From an uncultured Terriglobales bacterium (lineage in GTDB: Bacteria; Acidobacteriota; Terriglobia; Terriglobales; Acidobacteriaceae), in assembly GCA_964399125.1 (NCBI GenBank), contig CAYNPS010000001.1, forward strand, positions 20,496-84,495: a stretch of 64,000 nucleotides of DNA, read 5' to 3'. Of this stretch, positions 45,201 to 53,518 are shown piece by piece. Position 1 is the stretch's first letter. Each line of letters begins with the position of its first letter. The notes below the pieces were generated by a model, which was not told where the DNA came from, made no database searches, and worked only from the letters and a program-made list of their open reading frames with translations. A program made the translations under genes and the position numbers.

Positions 45201-45388
45201 ATGTGTTCGCGACGACAACCTACTCCGTACCAACAACCGTAAAGCAGCAGTATGTTACCGGCCTGGATCCGAGTTCCGGTTACACCGTGGCAATCACTTC
45301 ATCAGGAACTGCTATGACTGTCACCGTAACAAAGGGCGGAACCAGCATCACGGATACTGCCGGCGTTCTCGCATTCACGGCGCAGTAA
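42245..45388 (+). CDS. Large lipoprotein-like polysaccharide lyase candidate (Pro/Thr/Ser linker, Big_2-like Ig domain, heparinase II/III-like body)
   Basis: About 1047 aa. The TTG at 42242 is immediately followed by the ATG at 42245. Seen: lipobox-like LFISC, linker TPSSPTPTPSPSPTPSPSPVPAP, and an Ig-like NVSWATDGGTL...YHVTATSLADGTAKGTATITV. HPRLYFTQADIPKLQAKA then starts the way heparinase II/III and alginate-lyase-type enzymes do. The function is tentative. Confidence 0.6.
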   Translation: MSISGTRSFFRFSGGSSTRSVTQSSDTEHLSRIILTGFILSIVLSLFISCVGATGSSAPKLTTASATPSSPTPTPSPSPTPSPSPVPAPISATSPEIGVFPGSIAVAPGTYQTVSAMISNVDNKNVSWATDGGTLVGTNPCADAMAAPCTIALYSTTPGTYHVTATSLADGTAKGTATITVTAPPTPVTTHPRLYFTQADIPKLQAKAVSSNQAWTTLQTMANNFYPQFDNGWSTANGGGGYTCDGGNGQPSAAFVTSDESVAWGGPEPGRAAMVFALMANADPNASNRSRWQCRAHDVYMYYMTELLKTSCNAGICNPNILNGNQGGDWSDGIGLTYDWIYNSFSSSDKATILAAWRKAGQMIVTQNGISSSHPMPVGSVNNPALASDSSYQPLSTNAYGYLRTTANNYYSLHFTQLASMGAAMDPSDDATQSSCSGDRFTVCPDGSANSIQAYLKYAVGAYLYLSWLNFDDPSVTTGAYNNSFGSSLQASAQCSASTYTTVPARCFGNGRGGLSHEGSMYLGALTKVRDTFIYLHTAGLDNPLNFVGSGTAMPQLSFASSAWWDMMVQGAMHLTTPAGYSTTGFTYPTLFGYNEINATYDNAGFVSMIFAQLLRYDQVTGRSDRNQQLGWLFSYMPSAFKYPQFASIQADIVVDGFFAAPATSDVYSSFNSGDPRPSMPNNVWSLNSGQLITGTGWGLSDTIFTAMCSIYPTQDHELGTCGRFALYRNGDFVTKGVDGYAENDQSGNLSEEQPDYSNMAAYSNSPNTSPSGLWYIDPLWKRGGQTNHGQGSGLNMIAHNEMSAYVFAHFDQTGGYNFAYPTNPKLDVQHASRTFFWLKRDSGGSLPDYLAIYDRGITGQQAFKKNWFIATGAPSINGKDVSWNTPLSKATAYLHNLLPAGAAVSNQPFEASPLSSQADKDYAPATRILIDGGTPTSVRFLNVLEAENFGVSTTGATLVQSTAGTAFDGAVMGNTSVMFKQNMGDVFATTTYSVPTTVKQQYVTGLDPSSGYTVAITSSGTAMTVTVTKGGTSITDTAGVLAFTAQ

Positions 45389-45412
45389 TCGTCAACTCTT
45401 TAAGGTAAAACA

Positions 45413-45440
45413 AGGCCCCTGGCCAATTGGTCGGGGGCCT
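45413..45440. terminator. Bidirectional stem-loop terminator between convergent genes
   Basis: AGGCCCCTGGCC-aatt-GGTCGGGGCCT, with T-rich runs on both strands (CTTTATTTC on plus, TTGTTTTACC on minus). Confidence 0.6.
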
Positions 45441-45454
45441 CTTTATTTCACAAT

Positions 45455-46645
45455 TCAGTTTTGAGTGATGAGTTCAGCGTATTGCTCGACCATGCCGTCA
45501 ATATCGAAGCCGGCGTGAGCTTTTCGCTTAGCTGCTCTTCCCATCGATTTTCGCAGCTCTCGGTCTTCAATCAACCGCAGAATGCGGAACGCGACAGCTT
45601 CTGGCTTCAGCTCTACAACGTATCCGCTTTGGCCGTCTTCAACGAGATCCGGCATCGAGCCTCTGTTCGAGGCGATTACAGGGATTCCGAACGACATGGC
45701 CTCCATGAGTGTAAGCCCAAACGCTTCATTCCATCTCGAGATCAGACAAGCGATATCGGAAGAGCTATATACTCCTTCCGTACATGGGTCATTGATTCTT
45801 CCTGTGAAACTGACATGCGAGGCTATTCCTAAAGAGGCGGCCAAAAGTTCATATTCGGATCGACCTGCTCCATCACCCACGAACACGAAGTGAACGGATT
45901 CTATTTTCGAGATCACAAGCTTCGCCGCATGTAACAGAATATCGATACCCTTCTCGGGAACCAGCCAGCTGACCTGCGTGACGATTAACCGGTCAGTTGG
46001 GATACCGAATCGTCTCAGGTAATCGGAACGACTCACCCGCGAACTTCGCGTCAGGTCAACTCCGTTCCAGATCACCCGATTCGGAGCTGAACAAACTTCC
46101 TGTGCAAGCAGCATGCGCCGTGGATACTCGCTGACGCTGATAACCTCCGTTACTGGCGCGGTCAGAACCTTTGCGAACCACTGCTTGGGGACTCTAAAAG
46201 GCTTCGAAATATAACCCTCCGGCCTGGAACTATGGTCGTTGTATATGATTTTCCTGCAGCCCGCGAGTTTTGCAGTCCAAGGGTAGAGACGGAGGATCCC
46301 GTTAAAAGCGTACATAAAGACTTGAGGACTATGCTTCTTTAGAAGCCGTCGCAAATCTGTCGCACTCTTAAGAGATAAGCCTGCCTGACTGGTAAGTACC
46401 TCCATCTGCACTCCAGCAACATTGAACAATTCTGCAGTAGCTGGCGTGGGTGGCCCCGAGAAACAGAAGACGCTCTGCCAGCTCAAACTAGCCAGTTTTC
46501 TCCCGAGTTTTGCGGAGAAAAGTTCAATGCCGCCCAACTTATTCGGTGATATATCCAGCACACTCAAGAAAGTCGGCAATTCATGTTCCCCATTGACAAG
46601 TCTTTGTTCACGAAGATGATTTCTTAGAGTGTGCACTCTGCACAT
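45455..46645 (-). CDS. GT4 (GT-B fold) glycosyltransferase
   Basis: 396 aa with the C-terminal block EAFGLTLMEAMSFGIPVIASNRGSMPDLVEDGQSGYVV. The true start may be a TTG/GTG near 46575, just before FLSVLDISPNKLGGIE. Confidence 0.85.
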   Translation of the reverse strand: MCRVHTLRNHLREQRLVNGEHELPTFLSVLDISPNKLGGIELFSAKLGRKLASLSWQSVFCFSGPPTPATAELFNVAGVQMEVLTSQAGLSLKSATDLRRLLKKHSPQVFMYAFNGILRLYPWTAKLAGCRKIIYNDHSSRPEGYISKPFRVPKQWFAKVLTAPVTEVISVSEYPRRMLLAQEVCSAPNRVIWNGVDLTRSSRVSRSDYLRRFGIPTDRLIVTQVSWLVPEKGIDILLHAAKLVISKIESVHFVFVGDGAGRSEYELLAASLGIASHVSFTGRINDPCTEGVYSSSDIACLISRWNEAFGLTLMEAMSFGIPVIASNRGSMPDLVEDGQSGYVVELKPEAVAFRILRLIEDRELRKSMGRAAKRKAHAGFDIDGMVEQYAELITQN

Positions 46646-46953
46646 CTCCGTTCACGTTCACCGCGGGGCAATCAACAATCACTCGGGCGTGAATCGCGCG
46701 ACAAAAACAGGAGCGAGTGTGGTGATTCAGCAATTGGCTGGTATTCAGCATCGTGATCATATATGGCTGCCCCAGCAAGCTGAGCAAAATTCCCAAGCTA
46801 GACTGCTTCAAGAACATCCCGCGGAGATCTAAAGCGATGCGCAAGGGAAAGCCGCCGAGATGGCGATGTATCAGAGTACGTTCGGCGCTCTCGCAAGTCC
46901 TGCTGCATCCCAAACTTGAGTTACAGTTGCATACGTTCGCGTTGCCGAGAGAG

Positions 46954-47871
46954 TCATGCGTCTGAATGCGTGGAAAACACCTGCCCCCTCGCCGCGAGCA
47001 TGAACTCCATTTGTGTCCCGAGCATGCCCGGCAACAAATCCACAATCTTTGTCGGAATCGAAAGAAGCCGCAATCGATTATCCATGGCCACTTCTCTCGC
47101 CGATGAACGGCGAAAACCGACAACATCGAAACCAGCTTTCACAAACATGTTTCGCGCAGTCAACGGCGTGAATTCCCAAGTGTGAAGCGGTATGTGGCAA
47201 GTCGACCAGATCCAGCCGCGTCTTAGCAAGCGGCTCAAATGCCAGAGATAAGTGGATTCGAAAGAGTCGATATCAGGAAAAGTGATGAGGGCATGCCCGC
47301 CCTCTTTCAAGAGCGTTCGCACCTTCCGCAGGCTCGCCAGAGGGTTCGGAGTGTGCTCCAGCACGTCCGTCAGGCTCACCAGATCGTATGCAGAGCCCTG
47401 CAGGGGCGCAGTATCGAGGCCGCCGCAGGTGAGCGCAACGCCGTAGTTCTTTTTTCCCCACTCCACGCTTTGCGCATTCATCTCAATGCCTTCGGCACAA
47501 TAACCTGCATCCTGCAAGAACTTCACCAGCAATCCCGTCGAACAACCTATATCCAATGTGCGTCCGCCCTTCGAAACAAACCTTCTGACCCAATCGGCAT
47601 AACGGCAATATTTTTCCCCGAATGCGGCTTCTGATACTCCATTGGAACGTAGTTCCCCGTGATAGTCTCCAGCGTAGAATCCTGCAATGTCGGAGCTGGT
47701 TGGAAAAGGTGCTGTAAAGTGCTGGGAGCAGTCGCCACATTTTTTGAGTTCCCATCTGCGGCCGTTCAGCTCGCGTTCATAAACCGAGCGCAGATTGTTG
47801 GACGAACACGCCGGACATCGCATCTGAAATGCTCCTGGGCTGCTCCGATATTCGGCTAGATTTTTTGCCAT
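46954..47871 (-). CDS. Class I SAM-dependent methyltransferase with N-terminal zinc-ribbon
   Basis: 305 aa. Seen: CPACSSNN...CGDCSQHF, motif I TLDIGCSTGLLVKFL, and LTDVLEH. Confidence 0.85.
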   Translation of the reverse strand: MAKNLAEYRSSPGAFQMRCPACSSNNLRSVYERELNGRRWELKKCGDCSQHFTAPFPTSSDIAGFYAGDYHGELRSNGVSEAAFGEKYCRYADWVRRFVSKGGRTLDIGCSTGLLVKFLQDAGYCAEGIEMNAQSVEWGKKNYGVALTCGGLDTAPLQGSAYDLVSLTDVLEHTPNPLASLRKVRTLLKEGGHALITFPDIDSFESTYLWHLSRLLRRGWIWSTCHIPLHTWEFTPLTARNMFVKAGFDVVGFRRSSAREVAMDNRLRLLSIPTKIVDLLPGMLGTQMEFMLAARGQVFSTHSDA

Positions 47872-48848
47872 GCTGCCGCTACCTTCGCCCCGTCGAGGTG
47901 GAGTTGTCTCGTAAGAAGTTCCTCATCCCTCCGCAACGTGGGTGTCAACTCAGACGCCATTCTGCCAAAAAAAGCGTAGCTTCGATGTGCCAGCAACTTC
48001 AGATCGGGAAAGTCCCGATTGATATCTTCCACTGAAATACCGTAACCACCGCTGTCGTGAATATCAGTAAAACACCACATCGCTTCGTCAGACATGGGTT
48101 TGATGATAACGCCCTGCCTTAGTAGGCTGTCGTTCACTTTCGCCAGATAGTTATTTCTTCCGAGGAGACGGTTGGTTCTCCACCGTATCTTAGTCATGAA
48201 AGAAATGTTGCCATTGCTTGGCATCGCTCTTTCCATGCGTTTTTTCAAGTCCGGACCACCAAGATAGTCGCCGTTTGGATCTTGAAGGTGGAGAAAAACA
48301 CCTCCCGAATTCAGATGTTGAACCACCTCACGCATAAAACTAGACAAATCCGGAATGTGGTGCAGAACCGAGCAAGTAAGGATGATGTCGAAACGCTGCT
48401 GGATGGAATCGATTTGACCCAAGTGGATTTCACATTTCCGTTTCCATCTTCGCGATCGTTTCTCTGTGCGCTCCAGCATCTCCTTGGAAGTGTCTAGCAG
48501 AGTAATCCGATCAATCTTGTTGCCCAACGGCGTTCTGAGCAGTAGTTCCGTGCTCAGTCCAGTTCCGCTACCGACATCAAGAAGATGTAAGCCGTCTGCC
48601 AGGCTGGCATTGTGCAAAATATCGCTCGCCAGAAGCTCGAATTGCCGCGGAAGGCTCTGCCACATGCACCGATGCATTGAGTCATAAACTTCAGACTCGA
48701 ATCGATGGAAAATCACATTGACTATCTGCTGGAACTGAAGCAGAGAACACGCGACACCATGTTCCTGCATAAGCGACTGAAGCTTGGCGTCGTCAAAGGA
48801 ACGCATTAGAAACTCCGATGCAGCGTTATACTTCCGCAATTCGAACAC
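47856..48848 (-). CDS. Class I SAM-dependent methyltransferase
   Basis: 330 aa. Seen: motif I HLLDVGSGTGLSTELL, ILTCSVLHHI and GGVFLHLQD. Confidence 0.85.
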   Translation of the reverse strand: MFELRKYNAASEFLMRSFDDAKLQSLMQEHGVACSLLQFQQIVNVIFHRFESEVYDSMHRCMWQSLPRQFELLASDILHNASLADGLHLLDVGSGTGLSTELLLRTPLGNKIDRITLLDTSKEMLERTEKRSRRWKRKCEIHLGQIDSIQQRFDIILTCSVLHHIPDLSSFMREVVQHLNSGGVFLHLQDPNGDYLGGPDLKKRMERAMPSNGNISFMTKIRWRTNRLLGRNNYLAKVNDSLLRQGVIIKPMSDEAMWCFTDIHDSGGYGISVEDINRDFPDLKLLAHRSYAFFGRMASELTPTLRRDEELLTRQLHLDGAKVAAAWQKI

Positions 48849-50400
48849 CAGAAATCAGGCTCAAGCCTTTCACGAAACCAGCCTGCACCCTGCCGGGAAC
48901 CAAGGTTCTGAACTGAAGCAACCGTACGATGTCCTCCTCGCGCAGAGTTCTCAGAAAACGAAGGCAAAAGAAAAATACCAGGGCACCCAGTGGAATTCCG
49001 ATAGTCAGCGTCAGAACGGAGCTGACAGCCCTATGCAGTAGCATGACCGAACTTCCCATCACGACGGCCGCGGCCGATATTTTCAATAGCGGTTCGTAAT
49101 CCAGGTGAATTCCAAATCGGCGCTTGACCTCGAACCAGGGGCCAAGAACGCCCAGCAACTGCGCCCCTCCATTACCTATGGCCGCTCCTAGCGCGCCCAT
49201 GTGGGGAATCAGCCACCAGTCGAGCCCGATGTTCAAGACGCCGCAGGCGATTCCCCACACTATCAAGAACTTCTGCTGCTCATTTGCCTGGAGCATCTGC
49301 TGTGCCGGCAACAGCAGCGGCTTCGGGACCGCCATCAGCGCCGCAATCGCTAGCACTGGAATAGCGGGAATATATTGCCAGCCATAAGCCACTCGAATGG
49401 CAGGAGAACTGATCGCTGCCAGTCCGAGCAGTATCGGAGCAGAAAACAGAAGAAGGTATCGCGCGGCAGATGATACCAGTGAATTCAAGCGGGAGCGATC
49501 GCGACCATATTGGGCGTTAATTGTGACGTTCACGCTCGCCGCAAAGGTCTGGGGAACAATCAGTGCCTTTTCGACAAGATTAAATCCGACAGCGAAGAAC
49601 GATATCTGGGCGATGTCCTTGCTCAGGAACTTCAGCATGACAACATCCGAGCGATCCCACACAATCAGGTTTAACACCATCAGCACGATGTTATTGCCTG
49701 AAAACCTGAACATGCGACTCTTGAGGTCGACCGGGAGTACGCCCTGCGGAAGGCTGCGGATCCAGGACCTGACCGGAATCACTCGGACGATTAGTTCGAC
49801 TGAACGAAAGACCAGAATACCGATCGAGATACCCAGCAATCCCCAGCCAACTACCAGACTTAGAATAACTGAGATTGTGAAGACCGCGTTCCCGGCAAGG
49901 CTCGCGATGGTGTTGGCCCTCAGGTTCTCTCGCGCTGCATTAGCCTGTGCAGGCACGAGAGTGAGCATCGCCGGTAACACGCTAGCAACCTGAAAGGCAG
50001 AAACAGTTCGATGGGCGGGATCGCCAAATGCATATAGGACCGCGAGCGCACCAAACGTTATGAGGGCCGCCATGCCCGCTTGCAGTTTCATGGTGAATGA
50101 AAAGATTGCGCGGGCTGTTGCCTTATCTCCCCGTCCGAGATACTCAGCCATGTACTTACTTGTAGTGGTGGGAACACCAAGGCTGCCGACCAGACCAGTC
50201 GTATTTGCAAGCCACATCACATAATTGAAATAGCCCAACTTTTCGGGTCCGATGACCCTGGCCATGGCGATCGAGGTGACGAGGCTTGTGACAAAGAGCA
50301 GTCCCGTCTCGGCACCGTACCAAAACGAGTTTCGCGCGATAGTGCGCGTATTAGTTGGAGGTGCTGATGAAGTCGTAGCGGTCATGCCCGTGTTCTTCAA
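48826..50400 (-). CDS. wzx: Wzx-type oligosaccharide flippase (MOP superfamily polysaccharide biosynthesis protein)
   Basis: 524 aa with about 14 TM helices. The N-terminus ARNSFWYGAETGLLFVTSLVTSIAMARVIGPEKLGYFNYV is typical of PST-family flippases. Confidence 0.85.
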   Translation of the reverse strand: MKNTGMTATTSSAPPTNTRTIARNSFWYGAETGLLFVTSLVTSIAMARVIGPEKLGYFNYVMWLANTTGLVGSLGVPTTTSKYMAEYLGRGDKATARAIFSFTMKLQAGMAALITFGALAVLYAFGDPAHRTVSAFQVASVLPAMLTLVPAQANAARENLRANTIASLAGNAVFTISVILSLVVGWGLLGISIGILVFRSVELIVRVIPVRSWIRSLPQGVLPVDLKSRMFRFSGNNIVLMVLNLIVWDRSDVVMLKFLSKDIAQISFFAVGFNLVEKALIVPQTFAASVNVTINAQYGRDRSRLNSLVSSAARYLLLFSAPILLGLAAISSPAIRVAYGWQYIPAIPVLAIAALMAVPKPLLLPAQQMLQANEQQKFLIVWGIACGVLNIGLDWWLIPHMGALGAAIGNGGAQLLGVLGPWFEVKRRFGIHLDYEPLLKISAAAVVMGSSVMLLHRAVSSVLTLTIGIPLGALVFFFCLRFLRTLREEDIVRLLQFRTLVPGRVQAGFVKGLSLISGVRIAEV

Positions 50401-51138
50401 TTACCGATGTGTGTTCGAGACTTCTTCTCCGAAGGTACGTGTGACAATTCTGCCAGGATTACCAACACAGAGCTGGTGGGGTGGAACACTCTTGGTGACA
50501 ACGGCGCCCGCGCCAATGATTGCACCTTCTCCGATCGTAACTCCCGGTAAGATTATTACTCGCCTACCGACCCACGCGTTACGACAAATCCGTACTGGGC
50601 GGACCTCCGAGGGATCGACCTGAACTCCAGCAATGCGCGCTTTCGGATCGGTCGGATGGCCAGAGTAGTCAGAGACGACACACTCACTCGAAATCAGTAC
50701 GTCATCCTCGATTACGACTTCTTTTGCTACCGAGCAAAGAAATCCAGAACCGATAAAGACTCGGTCACCAACCTTGAATGTGGGTTTCTCGAATACTCTG
50801 GCTCCGGCAATCGCGACTCTGCCCGATAATCGAACATTGGAACCAAGGTAGACCTCCACCCCACCACTGATTCCAGGAATAAACTCCAGCTCTAGCCCAG
50901 GGCCAATCTTCTTACAAAAGGCTTGGGTAACGGGGTAACGGTAAAGTACTACGGCCAATCGCTCGTGAAGCTCATACGATAAGCTGTCGAGCGCGGCAAG
51001 CGCGCGAAATAGCGATAGCGCGAAACGAGGTGCTCGGATCTGGAAGCCCAGAACGCCTTTGCCGATCCGCTTCAAGCGGGCGTAGAAAGGTGTCTCCGCT
51101 CGCCTGACATTGAGAATGAATTCATCGAAGGATGCCAT
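50401..51138 (-). CDS. Hexapeptide-repeat acyl/acetyltransferase (WbbJ/Mac-like)
   Basis: The track ORF runs to 51222. The ATG at 51138 avoids overlap with the upstream gene. The LbH repeats are ICRNAWVGRRVIILPGVTIGEGAIIGAGAVV. Confidence 0.8.
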   Translation of the reverse strand: MASFDEFILNVRRAETPFYARLKRIGKGVLGFQIRAPRFALSLFRALAALDSLSYELHERLAVVLYRYPVTQAFCKKIGPGLELEFIPGISGGVEVYLGSNVRLSGRVAIAGARVFEKPTFKVGDRVFIGSGFLCSVAKEVVIEDDVLISSECVVSDYSGHPTDPKARIAGVQVDPSEVRPVRICRNAWVGRRVIILPGVTIGEGAIIGAGAVVTKSVPPHQLCVGNPGRIVTRTFGEEVSNTHR

Positions 51139-51152
51139 ACGTCTTTTGCGTG

Positions 51153-52433
51153 CTACGGTTCGCGCGCTGCCGTAAACGCAGCTTCGTACACAGCCCGATA
51201 CTGCGTCGCGATAGTGAGCCAATTCTTCTTCCGAACGGCGCTATCTCTGCCCGCTGCCGCTAACTGTTGACGATACTCACGGTCGAGCAAGCGAGCAGCC
51301 TGTCGGCAGAAATCATCTTTGTCGCCGGGCTTAAAAAGCAATCCCGTCGATTCGTGCTGGACAAGCTCACGTAACCCTCCCACATTACTTGCAAGAACAG
51401 CTTTCTGCTGAGCCATAGCCTCAAGTGGCTTCAAGGGAGTGACTAGTTCAGTCAGCCGAATACTGACCCTCGGATATACCAGCACATCGATGACTGAATA
51501 GTAACTGCGAACTTGGTCTGCCGGAACTCTGCCAGTAAGAATAACCCAATCGGTTTCGGCGACTGCGGCTCTGATGGCTGGCGCATCCTCTCCCTCACCC
51601 ACGATGACGAGCTTAAAGTTGTGTCCCTGATTCTTCAGCTGGACGGCAGCATCAATCAGCCAACGAACCCCTTCAAAACGGAAGAGCGTGCCAATAAAAC
51701 CGAGCACTGGCTCGTCACCAATACCCAGTTTTGCGGCGAGAGCTTCGTCACGTGGACGTGGTTGAAACTTCTCCACGTCTACACCATTGGGGATGTGAAA
51801 CAGCTTCTGTTTAGGCAATCCGCGCGACTCTAGTTCGGTCAGCATACTTTGCGCGATACCAACCACCGCATCCGCCTTGGTTACAACGCGCTGCTCAAGA
51901 GCACGCGTAGCTCGATATCGAAGCGATCTTTCCGTGGTCTTTTTTTGATCTACGGCTGCATCCTCCCAGAATGCACGAATTTCGTAGACAAACGGCAACC
52001 GGCGTTGATGAGCAGCCTGAAGGGCCGCCAGCCCACAAAGCACAGGGGAGTGAGCGTGCACAACGTCGAATTGTTCTCTGTCAAGGATTTCGAGAATCCG
52101 TCGACTAAGGAGCCGAACCATGCTGACTTGACTCAGCACGGGCAACCTCTTCCTCACCAGCGTACCGCCTATACCGAGAAGCGGAGTTCGGTTATATCGG
52201 ATCCCGTCGATCTCGGTAGGCTCCGAAGTCGGATCGAGCAACTCGTGCAAGGGCCCGGTTACAATTGTGGGGAGAAAACCGATGGCACGTTGAGCGTTGA
52301 CAATATCGCGGCTACGAATCGTATAACCTGCCACTACGGGCAGCGAGCAATCAAGAACCTGCAACACTCGGTACGAGCGCAACCCTTTGGCGGATTCGGT
52401 GATAGACTCCGAGGTGGATGATTCTATGATCAT
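51153..52433 (-). CDS. GT4 (GT-B fold) glycosyltransferase
   Basis: 426 aa. Seen: VVHAHSPVLCGLAAL, IPNGVD and E...PLKPLEAMAQQKAVLASNVGGLRELV. Confidence 0.85.
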   Translation of the reverse strand: MIIESSTSESITESAKGLRSYRVLQVLDCSLPVVAGYTIRSRDIVNAQRAIGFLPTIVTGPLHELLDPTSEPTEIDGIRYNRTPLLGIGGTLVRKRLPVLSQVSMVRLLSRRILEILDREQFDVVHAHSPVLCGLAALQAAHQRRLPFVYEIRAFWEDAAVDQKKTTERSLRYRATRALEQRVVTKADAVVGIAQSMLTELESRGLPKQKLFHIPNGVDVEKFQPRPRDEALAAKLGIGDEPVLGFIGTLFRFEGVRWLIDAAVQLKNQGHNFKLVIVGEGEDAPAIRAAVAETDWVILTGRVPADQVRSYYSVIDVLVYPRVSIRLTELVTPLKPLEAMAQQKAVLASNVGGLRELVQHESTGLLFKPGDKDDFCRQAARLLDREYRQQLAAAGRDSAVRKKNWLTIATQYRAVYEAAFTAAREP

Positions 52434-53518
52434 GTTCGCACCCTTTGCGATTCATTCGTCTTAAGCGCCACGCTACCGAAAGCTGCTTCAATCGGATCAC
52501 AGCCTTGGCAAACGGCGCGGATTGCCAAATACATTTGCCATGCCGAAACGAAATAAACACTTACTTCTCGCCGCTCAGCCTCGTCATGCACAAAACTGTA
52601 TAAGCCCCTTAATCCGCGACTTAGCAGAGCAGCGGCATTCGCTTCCGTCGCGCCGTGGGTATAGAGTTTTATAAACTTATCTCCACCAATTTGTGGAGAC
52701 AGATCGAACCAACGACTCGCGCGATAGGCGGTGGGCAAGTCGTATGCCGCTACTTCGCCCGTTTCCAGTCTGGGCACCAGCCGTTCACGCCACCGCAACC
52801 CGAGCGGGCCATCCACGATCAGTAAGTCACCATTCTCCCACTCGCGGGGATGTGCCGGAATACCCCGGTCGTATGACTTTGGTTTCAGCGGGTCGTCTGT
52901 ACACCAGTAAATAGAGTTGACAATTTGGGACTGAGAGAAGGAATTACCAGAAGGCATTGTGAAATCGGCATAGCAACCGAGATCGCGAAGAATACTGATC
53001 TCGTCATTAAGCCCGCACCACAATCCGTTCGGAAGCGAGTTATCCAGTGCCCAATTTCCGTGGATGAAGCCGAAGCGAGTAACACCTTTCTCCTGCCGTA
53101 GCAATCCATGCACACGGAAGAGCTGGTCGCGAAAGCTACTCATACGCCGGATAAACTCATCGCGTCCTTCTCGATCATGGTGGATATGTATCTCCACATC
53201 CGCAACACCCAACCGCTTCATCTCCGCAAGTGCTTCGATAAACTCAAATCGGTAATCCTCTTCTGGATAAAAGAACGTATGCTGTGGCGGATTGCCATGC
53301 GAATCCCGGGCGCACGCGTGTGCCACTTCAGGCCACTTGTCCGACCAAAGCTTCACTCTCGCAGCCGCCTGCTCGAGTGATGGCCGATTCCAGAAAGGCT
53401 CGTAATGATCCATCACGGCAACCCAGACCCGCCTGATTTTCTTGCGCGCAAATCTATTTTGAATGCGGTCACGAATATAAGCGGGCAGCCATAGTTCAGC
53501 GTGGCGTGGTAGATGCAT
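52430..53518 (-). CDS. Conserved EPS-locus protein, possible metal-dependent polysaccharide deacetylase/hydrolase-like enzyme
   Basis: 362 aa and soluble. Seen: VWVAVMDHYEPFW, ADVEIHIHHD and FIHGNWALDN. These His/Asp clusters are reminiscent of CE4-like (beta/alpha)-barrel hydrolases. The function is a weak inference. Confidence 0.35.
   Translation of the reverse strand: MHLPRHAELWLPAYIRDRIQNRFARKKIRRVWVAVMDHYEPFWNRPSLEQAAARVKLWSDKWPEVAHACARDSHGNPPQHTFFYPEEDYRFEFIEALAEMKRLGVADVEIHIHHDREGRDEFIRRMSSFRDQLFRVHGLLRQEKGVTRFGFIHGNWALDNSLPNGLWCGLNDEISILRDLGCYADFTMPSGNSFSQSQIVNSIYWCTDDPLKPKSYDRGIPAHPREWENGDLLIVDGPLGLRWRERLVPRLETGEVAAYDLPTAYRASRWFDLSPQIGGDKFIKLYTHGATEANAAALLSRGLRGLYSFVHDEAERREVSVYFVSAWQMYLAIRAVCQGCDPIEAAFGSVALKTNESQRVRT

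Noticed and set aside
46608-47126. 172-aa minus-strand ORF bridging the methyltransferase and GT4 genes
   Set aside because: It overlaps the 3' end of the 46954..47871 methyltransferase out of frame. It is Cys/Arg/Ser-rich with no motif. The 46646..46953 gap is treated as intergenic, possibly containing an internal promoter.
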